Shown: positions 1-8,842 of the stretch, piece by piece
How positions within the stretch are numbered: position 1 is the stretch's first letter
Layout of the letters: each line of letters begins with the position of its first letter
Source: Eubacteriales bacterium
GTDB taxonomy: Bacteria > Bacillota > Clostridia > Lachnospirales > JAVBJQ01
NCBI GenBank assembly: GCA_031546905.1
Contig: JAVBJQ010000006.1
Span: forward strand, 3,632 to 67,631
DNA: 64,000 nucleotides
Direction: 5' to 3'
The notes under the pieces: generated by a model
What the model was told of the DNA's origin: nothing
Database searches by the model: none
The model's input: only the letters and a program-made list of their open reading frames with translations
Position numbers and translations under genes: made by a program

Positions 1-2
1 CA

Positions 3-422
3 CTAATCCCTCCTAACTTTTAGAAAATATAAATACTTTGACCCTATGAATTCATTATCAAAATATACCTCACATTTATATTTTCCCTCATTTTCTATAT
101 AGGTATTTCGGTAGTCAACACTAATTACATAGGCCACAAATTCATCTGGCAAAGAACTGCTTACATTATTTGCCTTAATCGGAATATAAAAATCTTTTTT
201 TTCTCCTATAAGTTGTCCGGCCTCTGACTTTAGCATCACTTGAACCGTGTGCTTCTCTGTAAAATCAAAGTCAAAAATCGAAATACAAGCAAAAAAAGAA
301 TATGTATTGGGAGTATTAGGTATCGTAAATACCTTCTTTGGTTTTTTAATTTCATAATTTTCTGCTATGGAGCGTCCAACTACAACATTCTCTGCAAAAA
401 TAAAATAATCTAACTGAGCCAT
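3..422 (-). CDS. Hypothetical protein, possibly DUF6941-like beta-sandwich
   Basis: ORF with SD AGGAGG ahead of ATG at 422. C-terminal 'EGKYKCEVYFDNEFIG' resembles DUF6941-type proteins (recall only). A second SD near the stop suggests a coupled gene beyond the window edge. Confidence 0.55.
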   Translation of the reverse strand: MAQLDYFIFAENVVVGRSIAENYEIKKPKKVFTIPNTPNTYSFFACISIFDFDFTEKHTVQVMLKSEAGQLIGEKKDFYIPIKANNVSSSLPDEFVAYVISVDYRNTYIENEGKYKCEVYFDNEFIGSKYLYFLKVRRD

Positions 423-518
423 TATATACACCTCCTGAATTTATCTTACTTAGTCCCAGTTGGATTGTCAACTGTTACAACGTTTTTTTGACATTTTATT
501 ACAAAATAAGGTTTAAAA

Positions 519-555
519 AAAGGCTGAAATTAAGTTTACCTTAATTTCAGCCTTT
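519..555. terminator. Intrinsic terminator downstream of the flotillin gene
   Basis: Inverted repeat AAAGGCTGAAATTAAG/CTTAATTTCAGCCTTT with a T-tract on the minus strand. Confidence 0.75.
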
Positions 556-559
556 ACCT

Positions 560-2071
560 TTAATTCTCTACTTTTTCTACTGCTTTTACTTCTTTCACCA
601 CTTGTACTTCTTCTACATTATTTTTAACAACTGGTGTTGCCACATTCACAGAAGTTTTAAACTTATCCACTAAGTTAATGCCTGTTAATGCTTCCACTGT
701 CTCTGGCAGAGAAGAAATAATATCCGTCACATAAGATGAAATTTTTGCTGCACCTTTTGCGCCGCCCCCTCCAGAACCTGAATCAATAACAACGATTTTT
801 TCAGTTTTAGAAAGTGGCTCTGAAACAGCTTTTGCGATTTCTGGAAGTTTGTCAATAATCATTTGGGTAACCGCTGCATCGTTGTATAATTTGAAGGCTT
901 CCGCTTTTTTCATCATGGCTTCCGCTTCCGCTTTTCCTTTTTCTCTAATTACGTCGGCTTCGGCTTTCCCTTTTTCACGAGTAATGTCAACTTCCGCCAT
1001 CCCTTCAAGACGTTTAGCATCTGCTTTCGCAGTTCCTTCTAGTCTAATATTTTCTGCACGGGCTTGAGCGTCTGCAATGGTGCTATATTTTATTGCATCG
1101 GCACCTTTTTCTTTTTTGTATTTTTCAGCATCAGCAATTTTTAAAACGGTTGCATCCAGTTCACGTTCTTTTCTAGTTGCTTCTTGTTCCGCAAGTTCAA
1201 TTTCTTTTTGTTTTTTAATAATTTCAACTTGCATTTGTGTTTCCGTAACTTCTTTTTTCACTTTGTTGGCTTCAATTTCGTAAGCCAAGTCAGCAATGGC
1301 TCTTGAAGTTTCTTGTTCTTTTCTGTAGCTTTGTACTTTTAATTCTTTTTCTTTAGAAGCTTCTGAAATATGAGTTTCTGCAACCAGTCTTGCTTCTTCC
1401 CCTAATCTGTTTGCTTCGGCAATTTTTATTTTAGATTCTCTTGCTGCTTCGGCTTCGGCAATTTGAGCATCTCTTTTTACTTCTGAAATTCTCTTTTTAC
1501 CTAACGCTTCTAAGTACCCATTTACATCACTTATATCACGAATGGTAAACGCTTTTATTTCAAGTCCCATCTCCGCAAGGTCAAGTGCTGCAACTTCTTG
1601 CACTTGTGATGCAAATTTTTCCCTGTCTTTATAAATTTCTTCTACTGTTAGTTTTGAAATAATTTCACGGAGTTTTCCTTCCAAAACATCTTTTGCAATA
1701 CTTTGAATTACTTGAATCGTTTGTTTTTCTGAGCCGGTGTTAAATTGTTCTACCGCTGCCAGAATAGACTCTTTATCAGATTTTACTTTTAGAACGGCAA
1801 CACCGTCTGCAATAATGTCAACACCTTGTTCGGTTAGTGCGCCTTGGGTTCTTACTTCAATTTTCATATTTTCAAGGGAAATCGTATCTGTTCTTTCTAG
1901 CAAAGGTACTACAAATCCCCCACCACCAGATATTACCCTTTTTCGAAGCCCTGTAATAACCAGCGCCTTGTCTTGCGGAACTTTCCTCCACAAAGAAACA
2001 ACACAAAATACCAATAAAAACAGCACTACTAAGATAACGATTACTACAAATCCTACCTCTTCTAATCTCAT
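560..2071 (-). CDS. Flotillin (SPFH/band 7) family protein, FloT/YuaG-like
   Basis: N-terminal TM helix, SPFH motifs (LEGKLREII, IKAFTIRDISD), long AEA-rich coiled coil, next to an NfeD gene. Confidence 0.93.
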   Translation of the reverse strand: MRLEEVGFVVIVILVVLFLLVFCVVSLWRKVPQDKALVITGLRKRVISGGGGFVVPLLERTDTISLENMKIEVRTQGALTEQGVDIIADGVAVLKVKSDKESILAAVEQFNTGSEKQTIQVIQSIAKDVLEGKLREIISKLTVEEIYKDREKFASQVQEVAALDLAEMGLEIKAFTIRDISDVNGYLEALGKKRISEVKRDAQIAEAEAARESKIKIAEANRLGEEARLVAETHISEASKEKELKVQSYRKEQETSRAIADLAYEIEANKVKKEVTETQMQVEIIKKQKEIELAEQEATRKERELDATVLKIADAEKYKKEKGADAIKYSTIADAQARAENIRLEGTAKADAKRLEGMAEVDITREKGKAEADVIREKGKAEAEAMMKKAEAFKLYNDAAVTQMIIDKLPEIAKAVSEPLSKTEKIVVIDSGSGGGGAKGAAKISSYVTDIISSLPETVEALTGINLVDKFKTSVNVATPVVKNNVEEVQVVKEVKAVEKVEN

Positions 2072-2201
2072 TGCACTTCTCCTCTCTGTTGTTTTGTTTT
2101 CATTACGATAGCTGTGAAGGTAAATTAAATTATTACCTTCACCAGCCTTCTTCCATCAAGCTTATATTTCATAGGGCTTAACAAGTCTTGCCGTTAAACC
2201 G

Positions 2202-2732
2202 CTATTGCTTGTGCTTATACTTACTAACATAAAATGTATTTTTTTTAATGTACATAATTTCAACTTTTTCATATGCTGCAATTTCGCTTCCATCCTCTGA
2301 CTTGGCTGGTGCTGAATAGGTGTTACCATTTACAGAATAAATAATTTTGCCATATTTCCCTTGAGGAATCAAAAGCGTAACTTTTGCCGGAAGCCCTATT
2401 AAACTATCTTGGTCAATGGCGCTGGTGCTTTGTGCTTTCGTTAACGGCATAATTACAAAAGTAAACATTAAATAAGAAACCACCAACCCCACAATGGTAG
2501 CAATGCCAAATACTGCAAAAATAGGAATGCCTAGTCTTACTAGCAAGCTTCCAATTCCACCAAAAACGGTAATAAACGACGCAATAATAACAGGTTTTAG
2601 CGGGGATATATTGGCGTCAACATGAATGTCTGCACTTAAATGTGCCACATCAGATATTCCACCCAATAAGAAAGCAATTAAAGTATAGCCCACACCTACC
2701 CCAAAACAAATGTAGAAAAAGCTCAACATCAT
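2202..2732 (-). CDS. NfeD-like membrane protein (YuaF-like)
   Basis: Three hydrophobic segments plus a C-terminal OB-fold pattern (LIGLPAKVTLLIP..GKI); upstream of flotillin as in the known yuaF-floT pairing. Confidence 0.85.
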   Translation of the reverse strand: MMLSFFYICFGVGVGYTLIAFLLGGISDVAHLSADIHVDANISPLKPVIIASFITVFGGIGSLLVRLGIPIFAVFGIATIVGLVVSYLMFTFVIMPLTKAQSTSAIDQDSLIGLPAKVTLLIPQGKYGKIIYSVNGNTYSAPAKSEDGSEIAAYEKVEIMYIKKNTFYVSKYKHKQ

Positions 2733-3012
2733 AATCCCTCCTAACTTCATAAATTTAAACTAGCATTATTATACCATATATTTTTTTCATTGACCGGAAA
2801 TCATTAAATTATTGTGTTTTAAAAAATTTCCTTATGAAAAGTTAAACCGTAATAAGGTATAAACTAATTATACTATTTATACGTCCCTTCTTTTAAAAAA
2901 TATCCTAACCGTAGCGATTTTAGTCCTGAAATTTTGTAGAGCTCACCTTTATTTATATTTCATTTGTTTTTACATAAAAAAATAAAAGAGAAAATTTTTT
3001 CCTCTTTTAACT

Positions 3013-3858
3013 TTATAATGTTTTGCTTTCTATTCTATTGGAAACCCAAAAATATATTAAAAAACTAAGAACAAGTGCAAACGTCGTCACCAAACCGCCT
3101 TCTGGTCCAAAACTTCCCCCATTAAAAATATTGTTTTCTGTAATGGTGGTTTTCATTACACTGGCCCATTCATTGGTGCCACTAACAGGAAAGCCGTAAA
3201 TACTTCCTTGAAAAAAATTCCATGAAATATGAAATCCTATCGGAAATAAAATAGACCCTGATTGAATAAAAAAGTATGCAAATAATAATCCAACTAAAAA
3301 AATATTCAAAAGCCCCAAAGGGGAAACATTGGGGTTCATCCCGTGCATTGCCGAAAATATAATAGCAGAAACAATAAACGCCGTTATTTTATTTTCTTTA
3401 TAAGAAAGGACATTTAATAAGTAGCCTCTGGCAAAAACTTCTTCTCCAAAGCCAATAAAAATAAACATCACAAACGCCAACCCAATGTTAGAAACCGAAA
3501 CATTACTAAGCCACTCCACGCTTCCGTTGATGGACAAAACAATCATGAAAAAAGCAAAACTAATGGCAAGTGCCCCTAAGATAAATCCCATTGCCAATTG
3601 TTTTAAAATATCTCCTACACTTTTGTTAAGCCCAAAGTCCTCTAATACATTTTTATTAAAGATTTTATAAAAAAACAAAGAGGTTACAATGATACCTATA
3701 TTTTGACTTACAAGACCAAAAAACATAGACGGAAATTCTTTTTTAACGATTATATAAACCAGCTCTATAACCGTTGTCAACAGTATAAAACAAATGATAA
3801 CACTGAGTATTTTATATACCGCCCGAAGTTCTCCCTTTTTATTTAAAAAAATAAACAT
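3013..3858 (-). CDS. CPBP/Abi (CAAX-like) intramembrane metalloprotease
   Basis: EEVFARGY, FSAMH and HISWN motifs; multi-pass membrane protein. Confidence 0.9.
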   Translation of the reverse strand: MFIFLNKKGELRAVYKILSVIICFILLTTVIELVYIIVKKEFPSMFFGLVSQNIGIIVTSLFFYKIFNKNVLEDFGLNKSVGDILKQLAMGFILGALAISFAFFMIVLSINGSVEWLSNVSVSNIGLAFVMFIFIGFGEEVFARGYLLNVLSYKENKITAFIVSAIIFSAMHGMNPNVSPLGLLNIFLVGLLFAYFFIQSGSILFPIGFHISWNFFQGSIYGFPVSGTNEWASVMKTTITENNIFNGGSFGPEGGLVTTFALVLSFLIYFWVSNRIESKTL

Positions 3859-3908
3859 TTGTATATCTCCCCACTATATAAACAATCAAAACGTAACACT
3901 ACTTTATG

Positions 3909-5807
3909 TTACAAATATCGTAACACATTTGCTACCACTATACAAACAATAATTCCTGTTGCCGTAGGAATAAAGAAGGAAGCCAGCGTCCATTTTATAC
4001 TTTTTGTTTCTTTGTAGATGGTTAACAGGGTTGTGCTACAAGGAAAATGATTGAGGGAAAAAAGCATAGTGCAAATAGCCGTAATATATGTCCATCCGTT
4101 ATCAAAAAAAAGTTTTCCCAGTTCTGAAAAGCTAGTAATGTCCGTTAGAGAACTATTTTTTGTGTAACACATAATAATAATGGGAATGACAATTTCATTG
4201 GCTGGCATCCCAAGGATAAAAGCACATAGTATATATCCGTCAAGCCCCATCAAATTGGCAAAAGGATTTAAAAAGTTTGCAATATGAGTAATTACGCTTA
4301 CGTCACTAATATATATATTCTGTAAAATCCAAATTATTATACCAGCTGGAATGGCAACCACAATGGCTCTTCCTAAAACAAAAAGAGTTCTATCTGTCAC
4401 GGATTTTAAAATAACTTTTAAAAATTGAGGTCGTCTGTAGGGAGGAAGTTCCAGCGTAAAAGAGGATGGCATTCCTTTTAAAATTGTAATGGAAAGCACG
4501 TAAGAAATAAAAAAAGTCATTAACACCGAAGTTAAAATGCAAATTAAAACAATAAAGGCAACTTTAAATGATCGAAAACTTGCAGTAGTGCCTGCAATAA
4601 AAATAGTGGAAAGAATAATCAATGTAGGAAATCGTCCATTACAAGGAACAAAATTGTTGGTAATGACGGCCATCATTCTTTCTCGCTTCGACTCAATGAT
4701 TCTGCAAGCGGTAACCCCTGCGGCATTGCACCCAAAACCCATGCACATAGTCAGTGCCTGCTTACCATGTGCATTTACTTTCTTAAAATAATAATCCAAA
4801 TTAAACGCAATTCGTGGTAAAAAACCAAAATCTTCTAAAATACCAAACAAGGGAAAAAAAATTGCCATAGGCGGAAGCATAACTGCAATAATCCACGAAA
4901 GGGTTTTAAACAACCCAAATACAAGCATATTGGTCAAAAGGGGTGGAAAGTTTAGAAACGTAAATAAGGCTAACAGATAATTTTGAATGATTAAAAAAAA
5001 GTGCTGTAGTAGCATAGATGGGTAATTGGTAAATACAATGGTCAGCCAAAAAATAAATCCAAGGCTGAAAAGCATAATGGGTATGCCAAATATTTTTGAC
5101 ATCATTACATTGTCAATTTTTCGGTCTAGCATATTGGTGGCTTCATTTTCATAAGTAGTGGTGGCCGCTACAATTTCAGATGCTTTTTCCACAATGACTT
5201 TAATACGACTGGCATTGCTTTCTTCTATTTTATTAAATCTAAATGGCGCTATTTTAATTTGTCTTCTTGAAACTTGTAAAATTAAATTTTTAAGTTCTTC
5301 TATACCTTCGCCACCTCTTGCGCTGGCTGACACAACAGGTATTTGCAACAGACTTGATAATTTTTCTACGTCTATGTGAATTTTCTTTTTTCGAGCTTCA
5401 TCCATTAAATTAACGCACAAAATAACATTGTCCTTTAACTGCATAATTTCAAGCAACAATATTAAATTTCGTTCTAAGGTAGTAGCATCCACTACAACTA
5501 CCGTTACGTCAATTGTATCGTCACAAATGATTTTTTTTGCTTCTTCTTCGTCTTTTGAATTTGCATCAAGAGAATATGTGCCTGGCAAATCCATAATGGC
5601 AAATTTTTTATTTTCATATTTATAATGGCCTACTTCATTGGCAACTGTTTTTCCTGCCCAGTTTCCTGTGTGTTGGTGTAGTCCTGTTAGAGAGTTGAAC
5701 ACGGTGCTTTTTCCCGTATTGGGATTCCCTGCAAGGGCAATATGATAATCTATCTTTCCTTTTTCTTTTTTTTCCTCAGCTCCGACAGATTGATTTATAA
5801 ACCCCAT
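3909..5807 (-). CDS. feoB: Ferrous iron transporter B
   Basis: GNPNTGKS, GNWAGKT, DLPGTYSL, GFGCN, ELPPYR; SD GAGGTG ahead of ATG at 5807. Confidence 0.95.
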   Translation of the reverse strand: MGFINQSVGAEEKKEKGKIDYHIALAGNPNTGKSTVFNSLTGLHQHTGNWAGKTVANEVGHYKYENKKFAIMDLPGTYSLDANSKDEEEAKKIICDDTIDVTVVVVDATTLERNLILLLEIMQLKDNVILCVNLMDEARKKKIHIDVEKLSSLLQIPVVSASARGGEGIEELKNLILQVSRRQIKIAPFRFNKIEESNASRIKVIVEKASEIVAATTTYENEATNMLDRKIDNVMMSKIFGIPIMLFSLGFIFWLTIVFTNYPSMLLQHFFLIIQNYLLALFTFLNFPPLLTNMLVFGLFKTLSWIIAVMLPPMAIFFPLFGILEDFGFLPRIAFNLDYYFKKVNAHGKQALTMCMGFGCNAAGVTACRIIESKRERMMAVITNNFVPCNGRFPTLIILSTIFIAGTTASFRSFKVAFIVLICILTSVLMTFFISYVLSITILKGMPSSFTLELPPYRRPQFLKVILKSVTDRTLFVLGRAIVVAIPAGIIIWILQNIYISDVSVITHIANFLNPFANLMGLDGYILCAFILGMPANEIVIPIIIMCYTKNSSLTDITSFSELGKLFFDNGWTYITAICTMLFSLNHFPCSTTLLTIYKETKSIKWTLASFFIPTATGIIVCIVVANVLRYL

Positions 5808-6069
5808 TTTCAATCACCTCATTTTTCAAATCTACTTCGGAAGAAACAGGTATTACCAAAATATTTTCTGCATCCTCACTTCGAAGTGCAATTACAGTTC
5901 CCCTTACCCCATAAGCGGTTGGGTCCCCTGCTGGGCTTTTTTTTATGATTTCAACTTTTGTCCCTTCAATAAAACCTAGTTCCAAAAGTCTATTTTTATT
6001 TTGGGCATCAGACGCTATGTTATAAATTTTGCAAACGGATCCTAACGGAAGCATTGATAATTTAGTCAT
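5776..6069 (-). CDS. feoA: Ferrous iron transport protein A
   Basis: RLLELGF, SPAGDP, RGTVIALR; directly upstream of feoB. Confidence 0.93.
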   Translation of the reverse strand: MTKLSMLPLGSVCKIYNIASDAQNKNRLLELGFIEGTKVEIIKKSPAGDPTAYGVRGTVIALRSEDAENILVIPVSSEVDLKNEVIENGVYKSICRS

Positions 6070-6283
6070 TTCAAACCCCCAGAACTTTAATTAAACTAAT
6101 TTTATTCTATCTGTGAAAGGTCGTCGGTAACCCATTAGAATATACAACAGTGTAAAATTTGTTATATTTTAACAAGTTAGACTTTGAACAATAATTAGTT
6201 TATGATATAATTACAATATATTTTTTATATACTTTTTTGTGCATTATAATTTATATGTTTTTAGAAAAATAAGGGGGACATTT

Positions 6284-6754
6284 ATGGCAGTACCACAGAA
6301 AAAAGCAATTTTACAAAAGCCACAGGCTACTATACTCATTGGTGTCTGTATGTGCGTTGTGTTGATTGTCTTTGCAATTGGTTTTGCACTTGCAAAAGCC
6401 AAGAAAGTTTATGTATTGGATCTTAAAGCATTAGAGGTAGAGATTACTTCTACAGAAACAGGGAAAAAACACAAATTAACATTCGACACTTCCCTTGAAA
6501 TTTTAGGGAAAAACTATGAATCAAAACAATCCGAAATTGAAGGTTCTATGATAAATACAATGACTGGAATCAGTTTTGAGCGTCTACAACAAAAAGACAA
6601 TCTGGAATATGCCACTAAACTGATAAAAGAAAATTTAAAACCTATTATTCCAGCAAAAAATTTTAAAGCACTTTATTTTTCTAACTTTGTATTTTCTACA
6701 CCAGCAAGAGATCCTAGTCCTGATAGTTTGAAAGAATCTACCAATATAGACTGA
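6284..6754 (+). CDS. FliL-like single-TM protein
   Basis: SD AAGGGGG before ATG 6284; N-terminal TM; ~156 aa; C-terminal 'ALYFSNFVF' resembles the FliL 'VYFT.FV' end. Confidence 0.5.
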   Translation: MAVPQKKAILQKPQATILIGVCMCVVLIVFAIGFALAKAKKVYVLDLKALEVEITSTETGKKHKLTFDTSLEILGKNYESKQSEIEGSMINTMTGISFERLQQKDNLEYATKLIKENLKPIIPAKNFKALYFSNFVFSTPARDPSPDSLKESTNID

Positions 6755-6873
6755 CTTCTTCCGGGTACAAGGTAATTGTAAAAAAGGCTAAGGGATAAAA
6801 AGCTGATTTCTGAATTAAACAGGAGTCAGCTTTTTTAAACCCCATTGATAACGATGGTTATTATCGTAATTTA
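6749..6873 (-). mobile_element. IS3-family remnant (3' end of orfB plus degenerate right IR)
   Basis: 6779-6873 is an inverted copy (90/95 identical) of 8660-8754, which encodes an IS3 transposase C-terminus; outer boundary approximate. Confidence 0.7.
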
Positions 6874-6988
6874 ACGTGAGTTCCACGAAAATAAGCAATA
6901 TGAGATTGTGGAAATCTTGTCTTTTTTCTTTTTGTCTATGTTATAATTAAGTTCAGATGATTGCAAGTATTAAAGGAGGTTTGATTTC

Positions 6989-8368
6989 ATGAAAGAACGA
7001 ATGATTGTAAACGAGTTGCGAAATTTTATTGATAATGAAAAATATTATAGAATTATGGTTTTAGTGGGCATTAGAAGAATCGGAAAGACCACCGCTTTAA
7101 CACAGTTACATGAGTCATACCCCAATTCTTGTTACATTGATTTTTCGAAAGATGACGGTATGGATAGGTATGCAAAATTTTACGACTCACCAAAGGACTT
7201 GTTGCTGATAGACGAGGTTGCCTATGCCCAAAACTATACAGAAATCATACGGAAGATAGAAGCGCAGTCTGTTGAATTGGGCTATAAAGTGATTATTACA
7301 GGCTCGTCCTCAACACATTTGTTATCTTTATATGGGGGGCCACTTGGCGGAGGACGTTCTAAATTAATGAGAATGTCGCTCATTAATTTTTTGGAATATT
7401 TGTATTTTACAGGTAAAATTACAGATTATAGCACAGACTACCACCCTACAGAAGAGGATTTTCTGAACTATCTGCAATTAAAGAATTTGACCGAAGGCCT
7501 ACGGATGACAATAGACCTAGATTATTTTCGTTCATTTTATTCGGATATTGAAATGTCGAATAGGAACAGCACGCTTGTGAGATCAAAGCTGGATTTGACA
7601 GAGGAAGACCTAACTTCGCTATGTAATTTATTGGCGTACAAGCTACAGGATGATGTGAAGTATAAAACATTTATAAGTCCGGGTGTGGGAGACAGAGAAC
7701 TTACCCCAAGCCAAAAAAGGTCTGCGGATTTGTCCGATTCTTTTTTACAACAGAGCATCATCCATGCAAAGAGCGTTTCGCCTGAATCTAAGGCAAGAAC
7801 CTTGTCATTTCTCATAAAAGCGGGGCTGGCCTATGTGGATATCCCTTTTGAAAACAAAGAAAAGCTGAACCCAAGTAACCTCCTGACTAGCTTAGAATAT
7901 GTAAGCAAGGCAAGAGATTTAGAAGAAATTTTTTCAGAATATAATATTTGTCTGGTCAGTCCCCTTCTCTACACAAGAATAGGTGAAGATATTTTAAGTA
8001 AAGCTGGTGTCAGCCCAGACTTCTTATATAGATCTAATATCATTGGGCTAATGCTTGAACTATATATCAAGGGTTCCAATGCGTTATTTAAGAACAACTG
8101 GAATTTATGTTCATACAAAATTGGTATGGGTAATCAAGAGGTAGACCTTGTGGACTTGGATAATAACTTACTTTGTGAAATTACAGTGGCTGACAAGCGA
8201 TTGGCAGATGTGAATCTTATGAAACATTTTAATGACCTTTGGCTGACGCGAGTTTTATCAACTAAAACCATCAATGATTCTATACATGACATTCGGCGTA
8301 TCCCTTATCCTAAACTTTGTGTTCTTATGGATAGCGGGAAGATATATGATTTGAAGAGCTTTACTTGA
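6989..8368 (+). CDS. AAA-family ATPase (AAA_14/DUF4143-like) with a C-terminal PD-(D/E)xK-like region
   Basis: Walker A GIRRIGKT, Walker B LLLIDE, IITGSS, GGGR; C-terminal EVDLVD..LLCEIT; SD AAGGAGG; TG-n-TATAAT upstream. Confidence 0.75.
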   Translation: MKERMIVNELRNFIDNEKYYRIMVLVGIRRIGKTTALTQLHESYPNSCYIDFSKDDGMDRYAKFYDSPKDLLLIDEVAYAQNYTEIIRKIEAQSVELGYKVIITGSSSTHLLSLYGGPLGGGRSKLMRMSLINFLEYLYFTGKITDYSTDYHPTEEDFLNYLQLKNLTEGLRMTIDLDYFRSFYSDIEMSNRNSTLVRSKLDLTEEDLTSLCNLLAYKLQDDVKYKTFISPGVGDRELTPSQKRSADLSDSFLQQSIIHAKSVSPESKARTLSFLIKAGLAYVDIPFENKEKLNPSNLLTSLEYVSKARDLEEIFSEYNICLVSPLLYTRIGEDILSKAGVSPDFLYRSNIIGLMLELYIKGSNALFKNNWNLCSYKIGMGNQEVDLVDLDNNLLCEITVADKRLADVNLMKHFNDLWLTRVLSTKTINDSIHDIRRIPYPKLCVLMDSGKIYDLKSFT

Positions 8369-8396
8369 TATTTAACACCATTAAAAGCCATTACAC

Positions 8397-8784
8397 TTTA
8401 AAATGGAACCTATGGAATAGACACTAGAAAAAAGGTCTATACCAATAGGGTTTTTTTGTACAATAAAAGAAAGGGAGGTAGGTTAAAAGATGAGTAAGAA
8501 AGTATTTACGGAAGAAGAACTGAAAATATTAAAGAACAATCACTATGTAAAAGCTGTGAGCGAAAAAGGCAGGTGAAAAACAGTAAGCTGAACGCAAGCA
8601 TAATTTTTGATATAATTAAAAATATTTTGCAGGGTTACAAGCCACTATTGATTCCTATATAAATTACTATAATAACCATCCTTATCAATGGGGTTTAAAA
8701 AAGCTGACTCCTGTTTAATTCAGAAATCAGCTTATTATTGCTTAGCCTTTTTTATTTTGTCCTTGACATAGGGTCCACTTTACA
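8397..8784 (+). mobile_element. Internally deleted IS3-family element (~390 bp, non-autonomous)
   Basis: Imperfect terminal IRs TTTAAAATGGAACCTATGGAATAGACA and (reverse complement) TGTAAAGTGGACCCTATGTCAAGGACA; orfA N-terminus MSKKVFTEEELKILKNNHYVKAVSEKG at 8490-8576; orfB C-terminus YINYYNNHPYQWGLKKLTPV*FRNQL. Confidence 0.8.
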
Positions 8785-8842
8785 ATGGATACATTCCTTT
8801 TTATAACAGTTTGATGAAACTCCCGTGGTAATCCACCAGGTT

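Noticed and set aside
849-2111. Antisense ORFs over the flotillin gene, and the many similar short ORFs opposite other genes
   Set aside because: Shadows of well-supported genes, with no SD or recognisable motif
6159-6175. TTGTTATATTTTAACAA as a Rex operator
   Set aside because: 17 bp, one base short of the 18-bp TTGTTAA-N4-TTAACAA pattern; cannot be assigned
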